Source: Acidimicrobiales bacterium
GTDB lineage: Bacteria; Actinomycetota; Acidimicrobiia; Acidimicrobiales; Bin134
Length of the DNA: 64,000 nucleotides
NCBI GenBank assembly: GCA_965116535.1
Contig: OZ220703.1
Location: 2,385,464 to 2,449,463 of the forward strand
Direction of reading: 5' to 3'
Below are positions 38,616 through 48,800 of this stretch, piece after piece (positions within the stretch are counted from its first letter, which is position 1; each line of letters begins with the position of its first letter). A model generated the notes under the pieces. The model was given only the letters and a program-made list of their open reading frames with translations. It was not told where the DNA came from and did no database searches. A program made the position numbers and the translations under genes.

Positions 38616-40769
38616 TTATGGGGAAACCGTGAAGTCGTCGAAGTCCTGGGCCTCTTCGAGGATGCCCCGGCCCACGGCGTAATCCACGTTGTTCTGGAGC
38701 CGGGCGGGCTGGAGCGCACCGTTGAGCGACAAGCTCCCGATGTTAGAATCGAGGACGGTCTCGGCCACTGCACCTTCCAAGCTGAGGAATTCTCGCATGT
38801 AGGCCAAGACCGCTTCACGGTTGGCGGGATTGCGCATGAAGTCCATGGCTTGGCGGGATGCCCTGGCGAATATGGCCACCGTGTTGGGGTTCTCCTCGGC
38901 GAACTGCCGAGAAGTGGTGTTGACCAACGACGGCCAGTCGAGCTCGGTCGGACCGTCCCCGGCTCGCAGGGCGAACGGGGCGTACCCGATGTCGTCGACC
39001 GCGGCCTGGCTCAAGCCGGGCTCGAAGGTAATGGCCCAGTCCACCTCGCCGGACGACAGGGCAGCCAGTGTGGTGCCCGACAAGCCGGTAGCGATGTAGG
39101 TGGCGCCGTCGGGATCAAGACCAGCGGAGTCGACCAGCTGACGGGCGATCTGCTCGGCGGCCGCGCCGCGGGCCACCACGCCGACGTTGGTGCCCTCAAG
39201 CTCTTCCATGGCGCACTGCCAGTCGCCCTGTTCGCAATCGATCGGCCCGAAATTGTTGGACACCACGATGTCGAAGAAGTGCTTGTCCACCAACTGCTGG
39301 AACATCACCACGTCGAAACCGGCGTTGCGGATACCCAGCATGTTGTCGGGCGTATTGCCCACAAACTGGACCTCACCGGCAATCAGCGCGGCGGCATTGG
39401 CCGGACCGGAGTGGCACTGGACGAATTCGCCGGTGACTCCTTGGTCGGAGAGGTAGCCCTCCTCAACCGCGATGTGGGCGATCATGCCGTTGAACGAAGG
39501 CGCCTGGCAGATGTTGACGGTCGTCGCCTCCGGCACCAGCGCTGGCGGCAGGATGACATCGATGCCCGGGCCCACCGCAAATTCGCCGAATTCCTGGGCC
39601 GCGCCGAGGATGCCTCGGCCCACGGCGTAGTTGACGTTGTTCTCGATCCGAACCTGGTCGAGTTCGGCAGTAACAGTCATAGAGCCGATGTTGTTGTCGA
39701 AGACGATCTCGGCCATGTCTGCCTCGAGGCCCAGATAGCCAAGCATCTCTTCGATGACGGCATCTCGGTTGTCCGGATTGCGCAACCACTCCATGGCTTC
39801 GAGAATTGCGGCCCGGTATTGCAAGACAGTGTTGGGGTTGGCATCCCAATAGGCCCGAGAAGTGATCATCACCGCCGACGGCCAGTCCAGTTCGGGCGGA
39901 CCATCGCCGCCCCGGAGCCGGAAGGGGGCGTAGCCGATGTCCTCGACTTCGGCCGTACTCAAGCCGGGCTCGAATGTGATGGCCCAGTCCACCTCGTCGG
40001 ATGACAATGCGGCCAACGTGGTACCGGCTAGGCCGGTGGCGATGTATGTGGTGTCGTCGGGGTCGTACCCGGCGGAGTCCAAGAGCTGCCGGGCGATTTG
40101 CTCAGCGGCGGCGCCTCGGGCCACCACGCCCACTCGGGTGCCGTTCAGCACGGCCATCACGCATTCCCAGTCACCCTGCGGGCAGTCGATCTCGCCGAAG
40201 CCGTTGGACACCACGATGTCGAAGAAATGGTTGTCGACGATCTGGGCGAACATCACCACGTCGAAATCGGCGTTGCGGATGCCCAGCATGTTGTCGGGGG
40301 TGTTCAGCGCGATATCGACCTGGCCGGAGACCAGCGCCGCGGCCTGGGCCGGGCCGGAGTGGCAGGCCACGAAGTCGATCTCGAAACCCCGGTTTTCGGC
40401 AAAGCCACGATTGGCCATCACCTTGGCGTAGATCTGAGTGAACGACGGCGCGTCGCACACAGTGACCACGGTGTCCTCAGGTGGCCCGATCTCCTCCATG
40501 ACCACGGCGTCATCTGCGGGCCCATCGCCTGGATCGTCTGCGGCTCCGTCGCCGGAGTCGTCCGCCATATCGTCCGCCATATCGTCACTGGAGTCGTCCG
40601 CCATGTCATCACCGGAGTCGTCTGCGGCTCCGTCGCCGGAGTCGTCCGTAGTCTCCGACGGGCCGTCGCTTACGCCGGGGTCGTCATCGTCATTGCCACA
40701 CGCCGTGGCAACCAGCGCAAACGCCAGCAAAATGGCGAGAAGTGAATACAACCAGGAACGTGCTTTCAT
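38616..40769 (-). CDS. lipoprotein substrate-binding protein with two tandem SsuA/NMT1-like domains
   Basis: The ATG at 40769 is preceded by GAGGGGGA. It has a lipobox (LVATACG) and an acidic D/G/A/S-rich linker. Two homologous ~315-aa halves follow, with DNA motifs repeating at a 948-bp offset (39261 vs 40209). Confidence 0.8.
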   Translation of the reverse strand: MKARSWLYSLLAILLAFALVATACGNDDDDPGVSDGPSETTDDSGDGAADDSGDDMADDSSDDMADDMADDSGDGAADDPGDGPADDAVVMEEIGPPEDTVVTVCDAPSFTQIYAKVMANRGFAENRGFEIDFVACHSGPAQAAALVSGQVDIALNTPDNMLGIRNADFDVVMFAQIVDNHFFDIVVSNGFGEIDCPQGDWECVMAVLNGTRVGVVARGAAAEQIARQLLDSAGYDPDDTTYIATGLAGTTLAALSSDEVDWAITFEPGLSTAEVEDIGYAPFRLRGGDGPPELDWPSAVMITSRAYWDANPNTVLQYRAAILEAMEWLRNPDNRDAVIEEMLGYLGLEADMAEIVFDNNIGSMTVTAELDQVRIENNVNYAVGRGILGAAQEFGEFAVGPGIDVILPPALVPEATTVNICQAPSFNGMIAHIAVEEGYLSDQGVTGEFVQCHSGPANAAALIAGEVQFVGNTPDNMLGIRNAGFDVVMFQQLVDKHFFDIVVSNNFGPIDCEQGDWQCAMEELEGTNVGVVARGAAAEQIARQLVDSAGLDPDGATYIATGLSGTTLAALSSGEVDWAITFEPGLSQAAVDDIGYAPFALRAGDGPTELDWPSLVNTTSRQFAEENPNTVAIFARASRQAMDFMRNPANREAVLAYMREFLSLEGAVAETVLDSNIGSLSLNGALQPARLQNNVDYAVGRGILEEAQDFDDFTVSP

Positions 40770-40877
40770 TGATCCCCCTCGGGTCCGCGCGAATCGACGC
40801 CGTTCAGGGCGATAGTTCAGCACTAATCAATTGGAGGCGCAAGAAATAGCGGACTGAGCGCCGCTACTCTGCGGACC

Positions 40878-42362
40878 ATGCCGGAAGCGAAGCCGCCCAA
40901 CATCTTGCTGTTGGTCTCCGACCAGGAACGCCAGCGGGATTGGCTCCCTCGTGGAGTGCCGCTGCCCGCCCGCCAGCGATTGTTGGATCAGTCGCTGGAG
41001 TTCCGCCGCCACTACACCCACACCTCGCCGTGCTCGCCGTCTCGGGCCACCCTGTTCACCGGGCTCCACATGGACGAGCACGGGGTGACCGAGAACTCCA
41101 GTTACCCCAACAACACCCAGCTCTCCACCGACATCCCCACCCTGGGCACCCGGCTGCGGGAAGCCGGCTATCGCACCGCCTACAAGGGCAAATGGCACCT
41201 TGAAGCCGCCGCCGAACCTGACATGGAGGCCTACGGCTTCTCGGATTGGACCGGCAACGACATGGCCTTCTGGGGGCTGCCGGGCAGCGGCACCGAATTC
41301 GACGAGCCCATCGCCGCCGATTCGGCCGCCTGGCTGCGCGACCAGCGCGACACCACCCAGCCGTGGTTCTTGACCGTGGGCTTGGTGAATCCCCACGACA
41401 TCATGTGGTTCCCGCTGGACCAGCCCTGGTTCTGGGAGCAAGAACCCGACTACGTGGCCCAGAGCCGGGAAAAGCTGGACCGGCGCAAGTGGGGCCGGGC
41501 CACCAACCTGCCCGCCTTCACCCCTGAGATCGAGCGGTGGTGTACCGAGCTGCCCGAGAACTTCAGCGACGATCTGCACACCAAGCCCGAGGTGCACCGC
41601 CGGTGGTTGCTGGAAATGGAGCGCACCAGCACCCCGGGCCCGATGGACCCCGGCGACCGCGACCTGTGGCTGCGCCAACTCGACTACTACGTGAAGCTCC
41701 ACCAGCTCAGCGACCACTGCCTGGCGGTGATCTTGGCCGCGCTGGACGACATCCACCAGTGGGACAACACGGTGGTGGTGTTCACCTCCGACCACGGCGA
41801 CCAGTGCGGCTCGCACGGGCTGCGGTCCAAGGGGCCGTGGAACTACGAGGAGACCATGCGGATCCCGCTGTACCTGTCGGCGCCGGGGCTGACCACCGCA
41901 GGAACGGCCACCGAATCGCTCACCTGCCACACCGACTTGGCCGCCACCATTCTGGAACTGGCCGGGGTGGATTCTTCTGATCTGCCCGGCCAGAGCCTCG
42001 CCCCGCTGTTCGACGACCAGTCGTCGGTGGTTCGCGACCACATCCTGTTCGCCCAGCGGTGGCCGTGGTACATGGGGGTGGAGAAGGTGCGCTACGCCTC
42101 ATCCGGGGTATTCGACGGGCGTCACAAGTACTGCCGCTACTACGGCATCGGCGGCGGGGTCAGCAATTTCGGCGTATCGCTAGGCGACTCAATGCTGTTC
42201 GGGCCCGATGCCGACTTCGACGACCACGATCACGAGTGGTACGACCACGATGACGATCCGCATGAGCTGGTGAATCTGGCGAATGACCGCAGTCGGCGTG
42301 GTGAGTTGCGGGAGCGGTTTGAAGCGTTGAGGGAATTGGAAGCTGCGGAATACGGGGTTTGA
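40878..42362 (+). CDS. sulfatase (formylglycine-dependent), no signal peptide
   Basis: 494 aa with NILLLVSDQ and the FGly motif CSPSRATLFTG. Confidence 0.85.
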   Translation: MPEAKPPNILLLVSDQERQRDWLPRGVPLPARQRLLDQSLEFRRHYTHTSPCSPSRATLFTGLHMDEHGVTENSSYPNNTQLSTDIPTLGTRLREAGYRTAYKGKWHLEAAAEPDMEAYGFSDWTGNDMAFWGLPGSGTEFDEPIAADSAAWLRDQRDTTQPWFLTVGLVNPHDIMWFPLDQPWFWEQEPDYVAQSREKLDRRKWGRATNLPAFTPEIERWCTELPENFSDDLHTKPEVHRRWLLEMERTSTPGPMDPGDRDLWLRQLDYYVKLHQLSDHCLAVILAALDDIHQWDNTVVVFTSDHGDQCGSHGLRSKGPWNYEETMRIPLYLSAPGLTTAGTATESLTCHTDLAATILELAGVDSSDLPGQSLAPLFDDQSSVVRDHILFAQRWPWYMGVEKVRYASSGVFDGRHKYCRYYGIGGGVSNFGVSLGDSMLFGPDADFDDHDHEWYDHDDDPHELVNLANDRSRRGELRERFEALRELEAAEYGV

Positions 42363-42416
42363 CCATCCCCCGGTGTGCGGCGGACTGTTGCTAATGGGGT
42401 CGTGGCGGCGGGTCCT
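42363..42416. repeat. REP-like intergenic element, partial copy (5' module only)
   Basis: ccatcccccggtgtgcggcggactgttgctaatggggtcgtggcggcgggtcct aligns with 44788-44841. Confidence 0.7.
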
Positions 42417-44739
42417 ATTCGAGCGCCATACCGATTTCGCGGTATTCGTCTAGGCGGACTTCGTCGGTGTCGGGGGCGGGGGGGCCGGGGGTGTAGATCA
42501 CCTGGTGGAGGGTGCCGGTGTAGGGGAAGGCGCCGTGGCGCTGGTAGAGCCGCCATGACACCGGGGATCGGCGGTTGATGCCGGCGTCGATGCCCTGCCA
42601 GGGCAAAAAACCGTACATCTGAGGGATGTCGGTAAGGGTTGTCCCCTCCCTCCCATCAGCGCTCAGTGTGACATTCCAGATGCGGCCGCCGGGGGCCTGC
42701 ACGTCTACCACGATCTGTTGGCACTCCCCCGCCAGCGCCATAGGGTCGGCGACCAGGTAGTGGCCTCCGCTGTTCACCTCAAAGTGCAGGGCGCCGTCTT
42801 CGATGTAGAGCACGTAGCCCGCGGCCTGGCTGCCGTGAGCCACCAGCACGCCTTGGTCGCCGGGACGGTGGTGCAGATCGACGGTGATGGTGAAGTTGCC
42901 GTTGGCGATGATCCGCGACGACCGCACCCGCTCCACGGTGGGCGACCCGGGCAGAATCCGCAGCACCCGGGTGAGCTTTTCGTGCTCGGGCGGCTTGACG
43001 ATTCGGAACAGCCCGGCGTGGTCGTCGAGGGGGAAGACCTGGTTGAGCCACGCAGCTTCCTCCCAGCCCTCGATCATCTCGGCCAGCTTCTCCGGCTCGG
43101 CTTCGGCCAAGTCGAATCGCTCGTTGAAGTCTTCTTCGAGGTTGAACAGCTCCCAGCGGTCGGCGCTGAACGGAGTCTGGAACTCGTGGAACACCGCCGT
43201 TGACCAGCCGTCGCGGTAGAAGCCCCGGTGGCCGATGCACTCTATGTACTGCTCGGTGTGATCAGAGGGGGCGTCGGGATCGTTGAGCGAGGCGGCGAAC
43301 GACACCCCGTTTAGGTCGGCCGAATCCTGCCCGTTGCGCTGGGTGGGCACGTCCAGGTCGAGCATCTCGGCCAGGGTGGGCAGCAGGTCGGTGATGTGGG
43401 TGTACTGGTGGCGCAGCTCCCCGCCGATGCCCGAGAGGCGGGCCGGCCAGGAGACCACGAATGGCACCGAGTGGCCGCCCCGGTGAGCCGTGATTTTGTA
43501 GAGGCGGAAGGGGGTATTGCAGGCCATGGCCCAGCCTCGTGGGTAGTGGGGCCAGGTGGTGGGGCCACCGATCTCGTCGTTCTCAAGAGCCTCCAACTCG
43601 AACTCGCTCACGTCGGGGGAGGGCCTGGCGCCGGTGCCGCTGTGGGAGAAATACGAGGTGCTTCCCTGGGCCCGGCCCTCTCGGGACGCGCCGTTGTCGC
43701 TAGTGAAGACAAAGACGGTGTTGTCGATCTGGCCGAGGGCATCGAGCTCGGCTGAGATGCGGGCCACGCTCTCATCGACCGACTCCACCATGGCGGCGTA
43801 CACCTCCATGTAGCGGGCCATCACTCGACGGTCGGGCTCGGGGTAGCTGTCCCAGGCCCGCACATCCTCGTTGGGCTCGGGATTGCGGGGCGGGAGCTCG
43901 GCATCGGGAGGAACCACGCCCAGCTCCTTTTGGCGGGCGAGGCGCTCTTCGCGGAGCTGGTCCCAGCCCTTGTCGTAGTTGCCCCGGTGACGGGCGATGT
44001 CCTCAGCCTTGGCGTGCAGCGGGGCGTGGACGGCACCGTGGGCGTAGTACAAGAACAGCGGCTTGTCGGGGTCGGTGGTCTTGACCTCCCGGATCATGCG
44101 GCAGGCCCGGTCGGTGAGGTCGTCGGTGAGGTAGTAACCCTCGGGATACTGGTCGATGTGGACGGGGTTGTTGCCCTCGAAGAGCTGGTGGGGGAAGTGG
44201 AAGTCGGTGAGGGCCTCCAAGAACCCGTAGAACTGGTCGAAGCCCCGCTGAAGCGGCCACGAATGGGTGTCGCCGGCAATCGACAGGTCGGCCTCCCGGC
44301 ACAGGTGCCACTTGCCCACCGCCATGGTGGCGTAGCCATGGGCGCTCAGGATCTCGGCTAGGGAGGACTGGTTGCGGGGCAGCTCACTGGCGTAGCCGGG
44401 AAAGCCGGGGTCGGTGTTGGCGGTGAACCCCATGCCCGCCGCGTGGGCATTGAGCCCGGTCAACAGCGCTGCTCTTGTAGGTGAGCACAGTGGGGTGACG
44501 TGGAAGTTGGTGTAGCGCACGCCGCTGTCGGCCAATGCGTCGATGGCCGGGGTGGGGATCTCCGAGCCGTAGCAGCCCAAATCGGAATAGCCCAGGTCGT
44601 CGGCCAACACGATGACGATGTTGGGGGCGTCGGGAGCGGGCGTGGGGCGGGGCGGCCACCATGATTCTGACGTGGAGATGACTCGTCCGATCTTGCCCCC
44701 GAAACCGGGATAATGCTCCTGCTGGCGCTGATCTGTCAT
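42415..44739 (-). CDS. arylsulfatase with C-terminal LamG/concanavalin-like domain (AtsA-like)
   Basis: The ATG at 44739 is preceded by AGGGGGA and gives [13 protein letters not shown].... It carries [13 protein letters not shown] and the FGly motif [11 protein letters not shown]. The length is about 774 aa. Confidence 0.85.
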   Translation of the reverse strand: MTDQRQQEHYPGFGGKIGRVISTSESWWPPRPTPAPDAPNIVIVLADDLGYSDLGCYGSEIPTPAIDALADSGVRYTNFHVTPLCSPTRAALLTGLNAHAAGMGFTANTDPGFPGYASELPRNQSSLAEILSAHGYATMAVGKWHLCREADLSIAGDTHSWPLQRGFDQFYGFLEALTDFHFPHQLFEGNNPVHIDQYPEGYYLTDDLTDRACRMIREVKTTDPDKPLFLYYAHGAVHAPLHAKAEDIARHRGNYDKGWDQLREERLARQKELGVVPPDAELPPRNPEPNEDVRAWDSYPEPDRRVMARYMEVYAAMVESVDESVARISAELDALGQIDNTVFVFTSDNGASREGRAQGSTSYFSHSGTGARPSPDVSEFELEALENDEIGGPTTWPHYPRGWAMACNTPFRLYKITAHRGGHSVPFVVSWPARLSGIGGELRHQYTHITDLLPTLAEMLDLDVPTQRNGQDSADLNGVSFAASLNDPDAPSDHTEQYIECIGHRGFYRDGWSTAVFHEFQTPFSADRWELFNLEEDFNERFDLAEAEPEKLAEMIEGWEEAAWLNQVFPLDDHAGLFRIVKPPEHEKLTRVLRILPGSPTVERVRSSRIIANGNFTITVDLHHRPGDQGVLVAHGSQAAGYVLYIEDGALHFEVNSGGHYLVADPMALAGECQQIVVDVQAPGGRIWNVTLSADGREGTTLTDIPQMYGFLPWQGIDAGINRRSPVSWRLYQRHGAFPYTGTLHQVIYTPGPPAPDTDEVRLDEYREIGMALE

Positions 44740-44787
44740 CTGTCCCCCTTGGTCGGCTGGCAGGTTAGTGCTTGCCTCTGGGGTCGA

Positions 44788-44911
44788 CCATCCTCCGGCG
44801 GGGCGGCGGGCTGTTTTGTTGGGGTCGTGGTGGCGGGTCCTGTCCCGGCCCAGCCCGCCGTCCTCGCAGAGCTGCGGGCGGCGGGCGCCCTGAGCCGGGC
44901 CACCCCCCACC
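44788..44911. repeat. REP-like structured GC-rich intergenic element (full copy with internally duplicated 5' module)
   Basis: It shares ggtggcgggtcctgtcccggcccagcccgccgtcctcg...cgggcggcgggcgccctgagccgggccaccccccacc with 59727-59823. Confidence 0.85.
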
Positions 44912-44965
44912 ACGACCCATTTTGTGGGCCGCCGCCCCGCCTATCTTGGGGCCCGCTCCTCTTTC

Positions 44966-47284
44966 TTATTCTAGGGCCATGCCGATTTCGCGGAGTTCGG
45001 CGAGGCGGACTTCTTCGGTGTCGGGGGCGGGGGGGCCGGGGACGTAGGTCACCTGGTGGATGATGCCGGTGTAGGGGAAGGAGCCGTGGCGCTGGTGGAG
45101 CTGCCATGACACTGGTGATCGGCGGTCCACGCCCACGTCGATGCCCTCCCAGGGGATGAAGCCGTAGATCTGGGGGACGTCTGCGGCGGTGATGCCGGTT
45201 TGGCCGTCGGCGCTCACGTTGATGTTCCAGATGCGACCGCCGGGGGCTTGTACGTCCAGAACGATCTGTTGGCACTCCCCCGGCAGCGCCATGGGGTCGA
45301 ACACCATGGGCTGGCCGCCGCTGTTCACCTCGAAGTGCAGGGCGCCGTCTTCGATGTACAGCACATAGCCCGACGCCTGTCCGCCGTGGGCCACCAGCAC
45401 GCCCTGGTCGCCCGGTTGGTGGTGCAGATCGACGGTGACGGTGAAATTGCCACCCGAAATGACCCGGGAGGCCCGGTAGCGCTCCACGGTGGGGGTGCCG
45501 GGCAGGAGCCGCAGCTCTCGGGTGAGCAGCTCGTGCTCGGCCGGTCGGAGCAGGCGGTACAGCCCGGTGCCCTCGTCGAGGGGAAAGACCCGGTTGCGCC
45601 AGGCGGCCTCCTCCCAGGCTTCCACCAACTCGGCCAGCTTCTCAGGCTCGGCCTCGGCCAGGTCGTTCCGCTCGTTGATGTCCTCGGCCAGGTTGAACAG
45701 CTCCCAGCGGTCGGTGCTGAACGGGGTCATAAACTCGTGGAACGCAGCCGCCCCCCAGCCGTCGCGGTAGTAGGCCCGGTGGCCGATGCACTCGTAGTAC
45801 TGCTCGGTGCGGTCGGAAGGGGCATTGGGGTCGTCCAACGTGGCGGCGAACGACACCCCGTCGGGAGCCTCGGAGGCCAGCCCGTGGCGCTGGGTGGGAA
45901 TGTCCAGGTCCAAGAACTCGGCCAGAGTGGGCAGCAGGTCGATGATGTGGGCGTACTGGTGGCGCAGCTCACCGCCGACGGCTGCGGTGCGGGCCGGCCA
46001 CGACAGCACGAACGGCACCGAGTGGCCGCCCCGATAAGAGGTGATCTTGTAGAGCCGGAAGGGGGTATTGCAGGCCATGGCCCAACCCCGGGGGTAGTGG
46101 GGCCAGGTGGTGGGTCCGCCGATGGCGTCGAGGGCGTCCATCTCCTCGTCGCCCACCGCGGCCGACGACATCGCTCCCGGGTTGCTGTAGGTGAAATACG
46201 AGATGGTTCCCTGGGCCCGGCCCTCGCGGGACGCCCCGTTGTCGCTGGTGAACACGAAGATGGTGTTGTCGAGCTGGCCGATGGCATCGAGTTCGGAGCG
46301 AATGCGGGCCACGCTGTCGTCGATGGACTCGACCATGGCGGCGTACACCTCCATGTAGCGGGCCATGACCCGGCGCTCGCCCTCTGGGTAGCTGTCCCAG
46401 GCGGCCACGTCCTCGTCGGGCTCGAAGTTTCGGGGCGGGAGCTCGGTGCCCGGCGGCACCACCCCCAGCTCGATCTGGCGGGCCAAGCGCTCCTCGCGGA
46501 GCTGGTCCCAGCCCTTGTCGTAGTTGCCCCGGTGGCGGGCGATGTCGTCGGCCTTGGCGTGCAGCGGGGCGTGGACGGCCCCGTGGGCGTAGTACAAGAA
46601 GAACGGCTTGTCGGGGTCGGTGGCCTTCACCTCCCGGATCATGCGGCAGGCCCGGTCGGTGAGGTCGTCGGTGAGGTAGTAGCCCTCGGGATACTCGGCG
46701 ATGTCGATGGGGCTGTTCCCCTCGTACATCAAATGGGGGTGGTGGAAGTTGGTGAGGGCCTCCATGAACCCATAGAACTGGTCGAAGCCCCGCTGGAGGG
46801 GCCACGAGTGGTTGTCGCCGGCGATGGAGAGGTCGGTCTCCTTGCACAAGTGCCACTTGCCCACCGCCATGGTGGCGTAGCCGCTGCCCTTGAGCATCTC
46901 GGCCAGCGTGCTCTGGTTGTGGGGCAGCTCACTGGCGTAGCCGGGGAAGCCGGGGTCGGCGTTGGCCACAAACCCCACGCCTACGTGATGAGAGTTGAGC
47001 CCGGTCAACAGCGCGGCCCGGGTGGGCGAGCACAGCGGGGTGACGTGGAAGTTGGTGTAGCGGACCCCGGTGGCGGCCAGCTCGTCGATGGCCGGGGTGG
47101 CGATCTCCGAGCCGTAGCAGCTCACGTCGGAGTAGCCCAGATCGTCGGCCAGCACCACCACGATGTTGGGGGCGCCGGCTGGCGGGGTCGGGCGGGGTGG
47201 CCACCATGACTCGGAGGTGGCCATGATCTTGCCTACCGTGCCCTCAAACCCGGGATAGTGCTCCTGCTGGCGCTGATCGGTCAT
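44966..47284 (-). CDS. arylsulfatase with C-terminal LamG-like domain, paralog of the 42415..44739 gene
   Basis: The ATG at 47284 is preceded by GGGAGGA. It has the same N-terminus [13 protein letters not shown], the [11 protein letters not shown] motif and a similar C-terminus (...REIGMALE). Confidence 0.85.
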   Translation of the reverse strand: MTDQRQQEHYPGFEGTVGKIMATSESWWPPRPTPPAGAPNIVVVLADDLGYSDVSCYGSEIATPAIDELAATGVRYTNFHVTPLCSPTRAALLTGLNSHHVGVGFVANADPGFPGYASELPHNQSTLAEMLKGSGYATMAVGKWHLCKETDLSIAGDNHSWPLQRGFDQFYGFMEALTNFHHPHLMYEGNSPIDIAEYPEGYYLTDDLTDRACRMIREVKATDPDKPFFLYYAHGAVHAPLHAKADDIARHRGNYDKGWDQLREERLARQIELGVVPPGTELPPRNFEPDEDVAAWDSYPEGERRVMARYMEVYAAMVESIDDSVARIRSELDAIGQLDNTIFVFTSDNGASREGRAQGTISYFTYSNPGAMSSAAVGDEEMDALDAIGGPTTWPHYPRGWAMACNTPFRLYKITSYRGGHSVPFVLSWPARTAAVGGELRHQYAHIIDLLPTLAEFLDLDIPTQRHGLASEAPDGVSFAATLDDPNAPSDRTEQYYECIGHRAYYRDGWGAAAFHEFMTPFSTDRWELFNLAEDINERNDLAEAEPEKLAELVEAWEEAAWRNRVFPLDEGTGLYRLLRPAEHELLTRELRLLPGTPTVERYRASRVISGGNFTVTVDLHHQPGDQGVLVAHGGQASGYVLYIEDGALHFEVNSGGQPMVFDPMALPGECQQIVLDVQAPGGRIWNINVSADGQTGITAADVPQIYGFIPWEGIDVGVDRRSPVSWQLHQRHGSFPYTGIIHQVTYVPGPPAPDTEEVRLAELREIGMALE

Positions 47285-47314
47285 GAATCCTCCCAGTGAT
47301 CCGCCGACACAATA

Positions 47315-47336
47315 CGGCACTTGCTACGAGGTGCCG
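47315..47336 (-). terminator. hairpin cggcac-n10-gtgccg downstream of the amidohydrolase gene
   Basis: 6-bp stem followed on the minus strand by UAUUGUGU, 23 nt after the stop at 47359. Confidence 0.35.
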
Positions 47337-47358
47337 CTCTTCCTCGAAGGGGTGGAGC

Positions 47359-48744
47359 TCAGGCCGGCTGGTAGTCCTCGAGGATCGTGCCCTTGAAGAA
47401 GCCGGGGTCGGCACCGGTGCAGAGCCGCACTGCGTTGTCGCACATGAAGGCCCGGAACTGGTCCTCGTCGAGCCAACCGTTTTCTACCTGCTCATAAGCC
47501 TCAGGCATCACGTCGACCATGTTGGCGACATCCCAGTGGGCGATGTCGGAGCTGAAGACGGCGTTCAGGGGGACGCCCCCCGGCAACTCAGGGTCGAAGG
47601 CCAGCCGGGTAAGGGGGTCGTCGGCCTCGCACCCGAACCAACAGGTGGAGGAGATCTGGCGGATCACATCGTCGGGACCAGTGATGCCGGCAGCCTCGAA
47701 GTCGTTCACCACATCGGGAGTACGGAAGAAGTCGGCGAACTGGGCGCCGAATCCAGGCTCGGGATTGAGCCGCCCGGCATGCTCGGCCAGTAGCTGGTCG
47801 AAGCGGTCGGGTTCGAAGGCGTCGGGGTCGTAGGCGGGCAGACCCTCAGGGCCGCGCTTGTGGTAGTGGCCGATCATGTCGTGAACCAACTGCACCGCCC
47901 AGGTTGTGCCCCCTTCCAAGAAGTTGAGCCGCAGGTCGGGGAATCGGTGGAGCACGCCGCCGAACAGGAGCGACTTAAGGGTGGTCTCGCTGGCCCCGGC
48001 GAAATTGCCCATGTGGTTGTAGGAGAAGTTGGTTATGGAGCGCCGTCCGCTCCATCCCATCGACCCGGAGTGGAAACCAGCCACAACGCCCAGCTCCACC
48101 AGCCGCTGCCACAGCGGGTCGTAGTCGTAGGCGCTGTCGAGGCCCAGCGAGTCGATCCAGGTGCCCCCGCCGTCGAGCTCTCGCACTGCGAAGCCGCCCA
48201 GCATCACCACCTTGAAGCCCAAGTCGACCACGGCGTGGTCCAACTCGTCCACCGCCTCTTGGGGGGTTGTAGTGGGAATGGTGGCCACCGGTACCAGCCG
48301 GTCGCCGAAGCCTTCGTACACGTCGGCGGTGTAGCGGTTCCAGGCCCGGCACAGCCCCCGGCGGATCTCGTCGTTGCGCTGGCTGGGAACCACCAGCCCC
48401 CACGTCGGGTAGCAGACGGCCAGGTCCAAGCCCAGCTCGTCGAGTCGGCGATACATGAGCGATGGTGCCATGGCCGCAGCCAGATCGTCGGTGTTGGCGA
48501 ATGGCACGCCCCACCACGTCTGGCGGAAAGGCCGCACTCGGGGGCGGTCTTGGGGGGCCACTCCAGCCCAGTGGGGGCTTCCGTCGAAGGTCCCTGTGGC
48601 CCACAGCGCATTCAACCCTTCGCTGATGCCCTCGTCTCGCACATAGCGGTCGAGGTCGGGCCAGTGCTCCCAGTAGTGGCCGTCGCTGTCCACCACTGGG
48701 TGGTCGATCCGCTCCCTGACATCGCTGGGTGACATCTCGCTCAT
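47359..48744 (-). CDS. amidohydrolase-2 family metal-dependent hydrolase
   Basis: 461 aa with N-terminal HPVVDSDGHYWE and a TIM-barrel amidohydrolase pattern. Confidence 0.7.
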   Translation of the reverse strand: MSEMSPSDVRERIDHPVVDSDGHYWEHWPDLDRYVRDEGISEGLNALWATGTFDGSPHWAGVAPQDRPRVRPFRQTWWGVPFANTDDLAAAMAPSLMYRRLDELGLDLAVCYPTWGLVVPSQRNDEIRRGLCRAWNRYTADVYEGFGDRLVPVATIPTTTPQEAVDELDHAVVDLGFKVVMLGGFAVRELDGGGTWIDSLGLDSAYDYDPLWQRLVELGVVAGFHSGSMGWSGRRSITNFSYNHMGNFAGASETTLKSLLFGGVLHRFPDLRLNFLEGGTTWAVQLVHDMIGHYHKRGPEGLPAYDPDAFEPDRFDQLLAEHAGRLNPEPGFGAQFADFFRTPDVVNDFEAAGITGPDDVIRQISSTCWFGCEADDPLTRLAFDPELPGGVPLNAVFSSDIAHWDVANMVDVMPEAYEQVENGWLDEDQFRAFMCDNAVRLCTGADPGFFKGTILEDYQPA

Positions 48745-48800
48745 GGGCTGAGGCTAGTGATATGGCCGTAGGGTGTGCCGGTGATGAGAGGGGAAGCGAC

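Noticed and set aside
40480-40690. Short repetitive DNA (gtcgtccgccat..., ggagtcgtc... units) as a possible CRISPR array or non-coding tandem repeat
   Set aside because: It is in-frame coding sequence for the acidic D/G/A/S/M linker of the SBP lipoprotein. There is no repeat-spacer regularity and no cas genes.
44740-44965. Small ORFs in the sulfatase-sulfatase intergenic region (parts of 44713..45063 (+), 44736..45275 (-), 44772..45047 (+))
   Set aside because: They are generated by the GC-rich REP-like element, which recurs in non-coding contexts at 59.7 kb. The translations are P/R/G strings.
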